Shown here one piece after another: positions 57,752-64,000 of a DNA stretch of 64,000 nucleotides. Numbering within the stretch: position 1 is the first letter of the stretch; every line of letters begins with the position of its first letter. Position numbers and translations under genes: made by a program. This DNA comes from Pyrodictiaceae archaeon. Its GTDB lineage: Archaea > Thermoproteota > Thermoprotei_A > Sulfolobales > Pyrodictiaceae. The notes under the pieces were generated by a model that was given only the letters and a program-made list of their open reading frames with translations, did no database searches and was not told the DNA's origin. The stretch is from NCBI GenBank assembly GCA_027036135.1, contig JALVSY010000007.1, forward strand, positions 900,880 through 964,879. The letters run 5' to 3'.

Positions 57752-58240
57752 ATGGCTTCTTTTTCTCGAAAGGAGATGGTTAAGATACTCATACTGCTCT
57801 CGGTAACCGTGGCTACAGTACTTGCCCTAAGAACAGCCATCGTTAAGGCCACGGGGGTCTCCTCGCCAATAGTGGTAGTCAAAGGCACGAGTATGCTTCC
57901 AACTCTCTACTACGGCGACCTCGTTATAGTGCACAAGGTTCCTCCGGACAAGATACATGTAGGCGACATAATAGTCTATAAGAGCGAGTACCACGGAGAG
58001 CTAGTAATCCACAGAGTAATTAAGATAGTTAAGGGGCCTCAGTGCAAGCCACTATGCTATGTAACTAAGGGGGACAATAACTTAGTCAGTGATGCAGGCT
58101 TCCTAGAACCCACGTATGGCATAAGCTATGATAAGGTCATAGGAGTAGTATATAGCATCAATATAAAAGTGGGAGAGATAGAGGTGAAGGCCCCGCTACG
58201 AATACCTTACCTAGGCTTACTAGTCCTACTCATAAGGTAG
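57752..58240 (+). CDS. Signal peptidase I (Sec11 type)
   Basis: GTSMLP, GD, IHRV, TKGDNN. Confidence 0.93.
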   Translation: MASFSRKEMVKILILLSVTVATVLALRTAIVKATGVSSPIVVVKGTSMLPTLYYGDLVIVHKVPPDKIHVGDIIVYKSEYHGELVIHRVIKIVKGPQCKPLCYVTKGDNNLVSDAGFLEPTYGISYDKVIGVVYSINIKVGEIEVKAPLRIPYLGLLVLLIR

Positions 58241-60307
58241 CATGGGTTTCAGCCTTCCATCAATAATAGCCCTAGCCACATCCTTAACCCATGAACCAGT
58301 TGAAGCAGACCTAGCTAAGCGCTCAACATAGCTACGAAAAGAGATATTATCTAGTCTACGTCTCCACTCCTCATAGCCTTCAACTAGTGAGCGATATGCA
58401 TCATAATGATACCTGCACAGTCCCTCTTTATAGGCTTCACGGTCACACACGAGGCACTTCTTACTCGGTTTTATGAATCCAAGAGCCTTAGCTAGTTCTG
58501 TGCCAGCCTCATCCATGTACGAGTCGCGGAAATCTCTGAGAATCTTATCAAGGAACTGCTTAGCCTCATCAACCACCTTGCTCCTCTTGGCCCTACCAAG
58601 CCGGATACTATTGAGTAATTGCTCGAAATGCCTAGTAAGCTCAACGCTTACTAACTGCGGGAAATACCTCTCGAGGATCTCCGCGACAGCTAGGCCGAGA
58701 TCAGTTGCATAAACCTTCCTCCTAGCCTCGGCCAAGTAGCCACGATCAAACAGCAACTTAACTATACGTGCACGTGTCGCCTCAGTACCAATACCGCTAG
58801 ACTCCATCCACTTAACGAGGCTCAGCTTGGTATGAAGCTCTGGGGCCTTTTGCAGCGATGAACGAACCTCCGCTCTCAAAACACGTAACCTAGTGCCTTG
58901 CCGTAGGGGAGGCAGCTCCTCAAGCCTAGGCCTAAGAAAGGGATAAGCTCTAAACCAGCCCTCATCCTCTATATAGCCCCCGCTGAGCTCCACGTGGTAC
59001 TTGTTACTAATCAACAAGGTAGCCCTAGTTCTCGAGACAATTGCGCTCTTCATCATGGATGCAAGGAATCTCCTCACAACCAGGTCATAGATTCTCTTCG
59101 CGGGCTTATCGAGCTTCCCCGGCAGGATCCCGGTAGGATGTATAGCTGGGTGAGCAGGGTCATCCTTCACGCCATTCCTTGGCCTAGGTTTGCCGCGGGA
59201 AATCCTGAGTATATGCTCAATAATGGGCGCATAGGGCTCTAGGCGTGCGAGCTGCCTAAGTATAGAGACAGCATCAATTGTAGGCGGTATCTTCTGGCTA
59301 TTAGTCCTAGGATAGCTAATAAGCCCGTCAAGGTACAATTGCTCAGCAATGCTTTGGGTATAGTGAGGATCATAGCCGTAGATGCGCGAAGCCTCGGTCT
59401 GGAGATCACCTAGATTAAACGGGGGAGGCGGGGGCACCTCGCGCCTAGAAGCATCCACACTAACCACAATGGCCTTGGGCCTAGCCCTTATAGCCCTGGC
59501 CACCGAGAGAGCCTCGCCTCGAGTCTTGGTGGTCACTACAGTTACTCTCTTCCTAGCACCCGGTCCAAGCTCCACGAGAACATAAACGGTGAAGTAGGGG
59601 AGCGGGACGAAGAGATTCCTCCGCTTAGTACGCTCAACAGCCTCGCGAAGAGTAGGGGACTGTACACGTCCCGCGCTAAGAACTACTCGTCTCCTACTAG
59701 CCTTCTTAACAGACTCCATCAATGCCCGGCTAACATTAATTCCCCAAAGCCAGTCAAGCTCATGCCTAGCAAGCCCAGCCTCAATCATATCCCAGTCTAG
59801 GGGCCCAAGCGACGAGAAAGCCCTACGAATATCACTCGGAGTCAAAGCACTAAACTTTACCCGACGAGCCCTCCCAGGATCGCCAAGGAAACGGATAACC
59901 AAGAACCCGATAACACTGCCCTCAATATCATAGTCACAAGCATTAACAAACAACACTGCCCCCTTCGCGAGAAACTCAAGGACACTCAAGTACTTCCTAG
60001 TATACTTCGCACCAGGGTCAATCCTCCAGAGAGGAGCCCAGTAATAACTAAACACAGGGAATCCGCGCTCATCCGTAGTGAGCCCATAGAGATGCCCAGC
60101 GGCACTACCAACAACGTAGTAGGCATCACTCCTCCTAAGCACCCAGAAAGGAACACCATTCATAGAGCAACGAAGAGGCCGAGAACCATCAGCAATATAC
60201 TCCGCAATACGCCTAGCAGCCTTAGGCTTCTCAGCAATAACAAGCACATACCTACCCGGAAGCCAACACCTAGCCCGCCTAGACCTACCCACCAACCCTT
60301 CTTCCAA
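58226..60307 (-). CDS. topA: Type IA DNA topoisomerase
   Basis: IAEKP, DYDIEG, SAGRVQSP, ISYPRT, GTEATR. Confidence 0.96.
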   Translation of the reverse strand: MEEGLVGRSRRARCWLPGRYVLVIAEKPKAARRIAEYIADGSRPLRCSMNGVPFWVLRRSDAYYVVGSAAGHLYGLTTDERGFPVFSYYWAPLWRIDPGAKYTRKYLSVLEFLAKGAVLFVNACDYDIEGSVIGFLVIRFLGDPGRARRVKFSALTPSDIRRAFSSLGPLDWDMIEAGLARHELDWLWGINVSRALMESVKKASRRRVVLSAGRVQSPTLREAVERTKRRNLFVPLPYFTVYVLVELGPGARKRVTVVTTKTRGEALSVARAIRARPKAIVVSVDASRREVPPPPPFNLGDLQTEASRIYGYDPHYTQSIAEQLYLDGLISYPRTNSQKIPPTIDAVSILRQLARLEPYAPIIEHILRISRGKPRPRNGVKDDPAHPAIHPTGILPGKLDKPAKRIYDLVVRRFLASMMKSAIVSRTRATLLISNKYHVELSGGYIEDEGWFRAYPFLRPRLEELPPLRQGTRLRVLRAEVRSSLQKAPELHTKLSLVKWMESSGIGTEATRARIVKLLFDRGYLAEARRKVYATDLGLAVAEILERYFPQLVSVELTRHFEQLLNSIRLGRAKRSKVVDEAKQFLDKILRDFRDSYMDEAGTELAKALGFIKPSKKCLVCDREAYKEGLCRYHYDAYRSLVEGYEEWRRRLDNISFRSYVERLARSASTGSWVKDVARAIIDGRLKPMLPYE

Positions 60308-60788
60308 GACAACCTATGCGCGAAACCCCAGGCCTATTAAGCATCACGAGAAGGAAAAAAAGATAGTAGCAGCCCTCCTCTAATACTACGAGAGAAACGG
60401 AAAACAACAGGAAAACAACACAGCATAGCACCCATAACACTAGACCTCCACTGGATGTGGCATATACTAGAAGAAATAGAAAGGATAAGAAACACTGTAA
60501 ACGCGATAAAAAGCAGTAGGGATGGACGCCTACAAGATGTACACCTCACTCCTAGACGCAACAAACTTCAACGAAAACGGACTACTAAGACACGGGGTCA
60601 TCAACAAGCTATACGAGGCGAAAAGAACACTACTGGTGGAGACAAGGTGCACCGGTATAGTGAGCAGCGGCTGATCATCTATTACATCACCTTATTAGTA
60701 GGATGGTAGGTTTCTCTGTTTTGGCATGGTGTTTCCCTGAGCTAAGAGTATTAGCGCTCTCCTAGGTAGGGATAAGCACGGGGAGACG

Positions 60789-61133
60789 GTGCGCAAAACA
60801 ACGACTAAAGATGTCCTAGAATTAATCAAGAGAGTCGTATTGGAGGAGGCTGGGAAGTTAGGAGTCAGAGTGGAGAGGATCATATTGTTTGGTAGTCGTG
60901 CAAGGGGGGATTATCGCGAGGACAGTGACTACGACATACTAGTAGTTGTGAGTGAGAGGCTCGACTGGAGGGTGAAGAGAAGACTATCGTTAATGATTCG
61001 CAGAAGACTGGTAAGGGAACTTGGAATACCCGTAGACCTCGTGATAGTATCGCTTCGCTACTGGGAAGAGTATAAGGATGTCCCTGGAACCGTGTTGTAC
61101 CCGGCAGAGAGAGAGGGAATAGTGATTGCATAG
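60789..61133 (+). CDS. Minimal nucleotidyltransferase (MNT)
   Basis: LFGSRARGDYREDSDYDILV. Confidence 0.92.
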   Translation: MRKTTTKDVLELIKRVVLEEAGKLGVRVERIILFGSRARGDYREDSDYDILVVVSERLDWRVKRRLSLMIRRRLVRELGIPVDLVIVSLRYWEEYKDVPGTVLYPAEREGIVIA

Positions 61134-61491
61134 AATATCCTGCAACTGGATAGCGAACGCAGAGAAGGATCTCAAATGGGCCGAGAGAATGCTAGGGGAA
61201 GGAGACTACGACTACTCATCCTTTCACTGCCAACAAGCCGCCGAGAAAGCCTTGAAAGCCCTATTAATAGCATTGGGGCGTCAGCCGCCAAAGACACACT
61301 CAATAGAACATCTACTTAACCTTATAGAGAAAGAGGGCATAAGCGTGAGAGAAGTCTGGGAAGCGGCAAGGCTCACAGACTACGCCGTGGAAGCGAGATA
61401 CCCTGACTTCGAAGAACCAGTAACAGAGAAGGAGGCCGAGAAAGCACTACATTTAGCAAAAGCTGTTCTGAAATGGGTAAGGAGAGGCTAA
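61126..61491 (+). CDS. HEPN-domain protein
   Basis: FHCQQAAEKALKA, PPKTH, EARYP; overlaps the MNT gene. Confidence 0.92.
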   Translation: MHRISCNWIANAEKDLKWAERMLGEGDYDYSSFHCQQAAEKALKALLIALGRQPPKTHSIEHLLNLIEKEGISVREVWEAARLTDYAVEARYPDFEEPVTEKEAEKALHLAKAVLKWVRRG

Positions 61492-61543
61492 AGGAGATGG
61501 GAATAGTGTGTTAAGGTACCGAGTTTATATTCTTGGACTTGAT

Positions 61544-61849
61544 CTAGTGTGGTCGTAGTTTGTCTAGTATGAGTAGCCATTTTAGTGGGATTGGCTGTAC
61601 TTTTCCTCCCCTTGTGTACCTCACTATGGTCATTGGTAGTGCTTCTGCCTCGAGCTCCGCCTTTGCTAGGAGTACCGGGTCTTCCCGGACATGCTTGGGC
61701 AGGGAAGACGTGTCTATGAGGACTGGCGCGCCCATGCTTATTTGTAGCGCTCTAGCACCTATTACCCTGGCTCTCTCAAACCTTGTTAGCCAGGGAGGAC
61801 CGATCTCGATTTTCTTCTTGAGCTCCTCAATGCTCAGTTCTTCGCCCAT
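61544..61849 (-). CDS. rpoK: RNA polymerase subunit K (Rpo6)
   Basis: [22 protein letters not shown]. Confidence 0.96.
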   Translation of the reverse strand: MGEELSIEELKKKIEIGPPWLTRFERARVIGARALQISMGAPVLIDTSSLPKHVREDPVLLAKAELEAEALPMTIVRYTRGGKVQPIPLKWLLILDKLRPH

Positions 61850-62042
61850 GCTAGGCGCCCCTGCACCTAGGTCTTTTCCTAGGGAGAAAATAGAACTTGT
61901 CCTAAACAAGCCTACCTATGTAGTGAGTAGTAGTCGAGGAAAAGAACTTCTATGGATGAGGCGGCGAAGCCCTGGTTTAAAAACCCTAGAGGATGTCTTT
62001 AGGGAGATTAGTTTGTTGTTTAGAGAAGAAATCCTTGGCTGT

Positions 62043-63713
62043 TTACTCTTCTTTTCCTCCCTTCTTGCCCTTCTTCTCCTCGGTCTTCGGTGTCGCTGCT
62101 ATTACGTCGTCGATCTTGAGGATCGTTGTTGCTGCCTCGGTTGCGCTCTTTAGTACTTGCTCCTTTACTAGTATTGGCTCGATTACATTGATCTTTGTCA
62201 TATCTTCCTCGATCTTGGATCTTAGTACGTCGATGCCTGCTGTTGTCTTGCCCTCGCTGTGTAGCTTCCTTAGATCCATGAGTGCCTGTAGTGCATCCAT
62301 TCCAGCGCTCTCTGCTAGTATCATTGGTATCTCCTCTAGTGCGTCAGCGTATGCCTCTACTGCTAGCTGCTCCTTGCCGCCTAGGCTCTCTGCGAACTTC
62401 CTTAGTCTGAGGGCTAGCTCTACCTCAACTGCGCCACCGCCTGGTACTATTATTGGCTTCCTTAGCACGTTTCTTAGTACGTGTAGTGCGTCCTGTATGT
62501 TCCTCTCAGCCTCGTCTAGTACCATGTCGTTGGCGCCGCGTAGGAGTATTGTTACTGCCTTGGGGTTGGGGCAGCCCTCGATGAATATCATTTTGTCGTT
62601 GCCTACTTTTCTCTCCTCTACTAGCTTAGCGAAGCCTAGGTCCTCGGGCTTGAGGTCTCTTAGGCTGCTTACTATCTTGCCTCCGGTAGCGTACTCTAGT
62701 TTCTCGAGGTCGCTTCTCTTTACTCTTCTTACTGCCATTATTCCTTTCTTTGCTAGGAAGTGCTGTGCTACCTCATCAATACCCTTCTGAGTAATAACCA
62801 CTATACCAGCCTTGCTCGGGTCAACACCTTCTCTCTTCATACGCTCGACAGCGACCTCGTAGATTCTGTCAACCATCTCTTTTAGTATTCTTGCCTCTTC
62901 GTCTAGGAATGCCTTTATCTGCTCGGGTGAGGTTATGTTGATCTTTGCGGTTATCTCTGGTTTTTCTACTTCTAGTGGTGCGTCTAGTAGTACTATGTAG
63001 GCGTTCTCAACCCTCTTAGGCATACCAGGGTGAACAACCTCCTTATCAAGAACGATGCCCTCTACTAGCCTGCTGTCGAGTATGCTTCCGCCCTTCTTCT
63101 TCTCGATCTTTATTCTGTCAATCTTTACATCGTAGGTCCCGTCGGGCTTCTTGTCTGCTACTCTTAGCACTGCTTCTACTGCCATCTCGGTTAGTTTTTC
63201 TAAGTCAGCGCCGCTTCCAACGTACTTGCTGTAGAGGCTTGTCGCGGCTATTCTTTTCAGTGTGTCGCGGTCTTCTACGTTGACCTTTATGCCTATGTTG
63301 CCTAGCTCTTGTAGTGCGAAGTCTAGGGCCTTCTTGTAGCCCTCGATTATTGTTGTTGGGTGTATGTTCTGGTCTAGTAGGTTCTCGGCTCTGTCTAGGA
63401 GCATGCCTGCTAGTACTACTGCGCTTGTTGTGCCGTCACCTACCTCGGCGTCTTGAGCCTTTGCTACCTCTACTAGTAGCTTTGCTGCTGGGTGCTGGAT
63501 CTCCATCTCCTTTAGTATTGTTGCTCCATCATTGGTTATTGTTACGTCCCCGAAGCTATCTACGAGCATTTTGTCGAGGCCGCGTGGCCCGAGGCTTGTC
63601 TTGAGTACTTCGGCGAGGACCTTCGCCGCGAGTATGTTGCTTCTTAGAGCCTCTCTACCATATACGCGCTGTGTTCCCTCTTTGAGTACAAGTACTGGTA
63701 CGCCAAGCGCCAT
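62043..63713 (-). CDS. thsA: Thermosome subunit (probably alpha)
   Basis: [19 protein letters not shown]; N-terminus resembles crenarchaeal alpha subunits. Confidence 0.92.
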   Translation of the reverse strand: MALGVPVLVLKEGTQRVYGREALRSNILAAKVLAEVLKTSLGPRGLDKMLVDSFGDVTITNDGATILKEMEIQHPAAKLLVEVAKAQDAEVGDGTTSAVVLAGMLLDRAENLLDQNIHPTTIIEGYKKALDFALQELGNIGIKVNVEDRDTLKRIAATSLYSKYVGSGADLEKLTEMAVEAVLRVADKKPDGTYDVKIDRIKIEKKKGGSILDSRLVEGIVLDKEVVHPGMPKRVENAYIVLLDAPLEVEKPEITAKINITSPEQIKAFLDEEARILKEMVDRIYEVAVERMKREGVDPSKAGIVVITQKGIDEVAQHFLAKKGIMAVRRVKRSDLEKLEYATGGKIVSSLRDLKPEDLGFAKLVEERKVGNDKMIFIEGCPNPKAVTILLRGANDMVLDEAERNIQDALHVLRNVLRKPIIVPGGGAVEVELALRLRKFAESLGGKEQLAVEAYADALEEIPMILAESAGMDALQALMDLRKLHSEGKTTAGIDVLRSKIEEDMTKINVIEPILVKEQVLKSATEAATTILKIDDVIAATPKTEEKKGKKGGKEE

Positions 63714-64000
63714 TATGTTACACCCCTTACCCGTAACCCTCTCTTAGCCGTGTGTAGGTTGCCTTCCCGGCCGCTTCTATATAAGTATTTCGCAGAATAG
63801 TGTGATAGGCGCTACAAGAGAAATAGATACGCAAACTGAGCTAGAACCTTAGAGAAATCCCCAGAGAGCGAGGAGTAAGTCCACGCGAACGAAGAGCGTA
63901 TAAGATGCCGCGTCGTATAGCATGTTTATCACTCATAGGATTGAAGAAGAACCCTATCTGTTCCCATATTTGCTCTCCCTTATAGTAGAGCCTAAGCCTT

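Noticed and set aside
1-64000. CRISPR array
   Set aside because: No regularly spaced 24-40 bp direct repeats were seen.

Overview
Window from a hyperthermophilic crenarchaeon, most likely Desulfurococcales/Pyrodictiaceae (inferred from Cren7, 5S rRNA, intron-containing tRNA-Trp and gene order). Bases 1 to 20848 are the right part of an integrated mobile element. It ends in a tyrosine integrase and a duplicated 3' half of tRNA-Asn(GTT), and its left end lies outside the window. The element encodes a VirB2/VirB3/VirB4/VirB6-like (Ced/Ted/conjugation-type) DNA-transfer module together with a type IV pilus module (assembly ATPase, TadC/FlaJ-like platform, three class III prepilins including a mosaic adhesin). 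It also carries a TFB-like/wHTH regulator, a RelE-like TA pair, a multi-wHTH cargo gene and an IS607 (TnpA+TnpB). A 10-bp motif, CYGGGAGAAG, sits in inverted pairs around the ATPase+pilin cassette and the adhesin cassette, suggesting a shufflon-like or regulatory switch. Bases ~20850-64000 are core chromosome: tRNA-Trp (preceded by a C/D-like RNA complementary to the tRNA itself), cren7, valS, 5S rRNA, map, pheST, tyrS, dnaG, pelota, polB, mcm, gins, rfcSL, cdc6, eno, topA, rpoK and thermosome, plus several candidate guide sRNAs. All calls were made by eye; no database searches were run.
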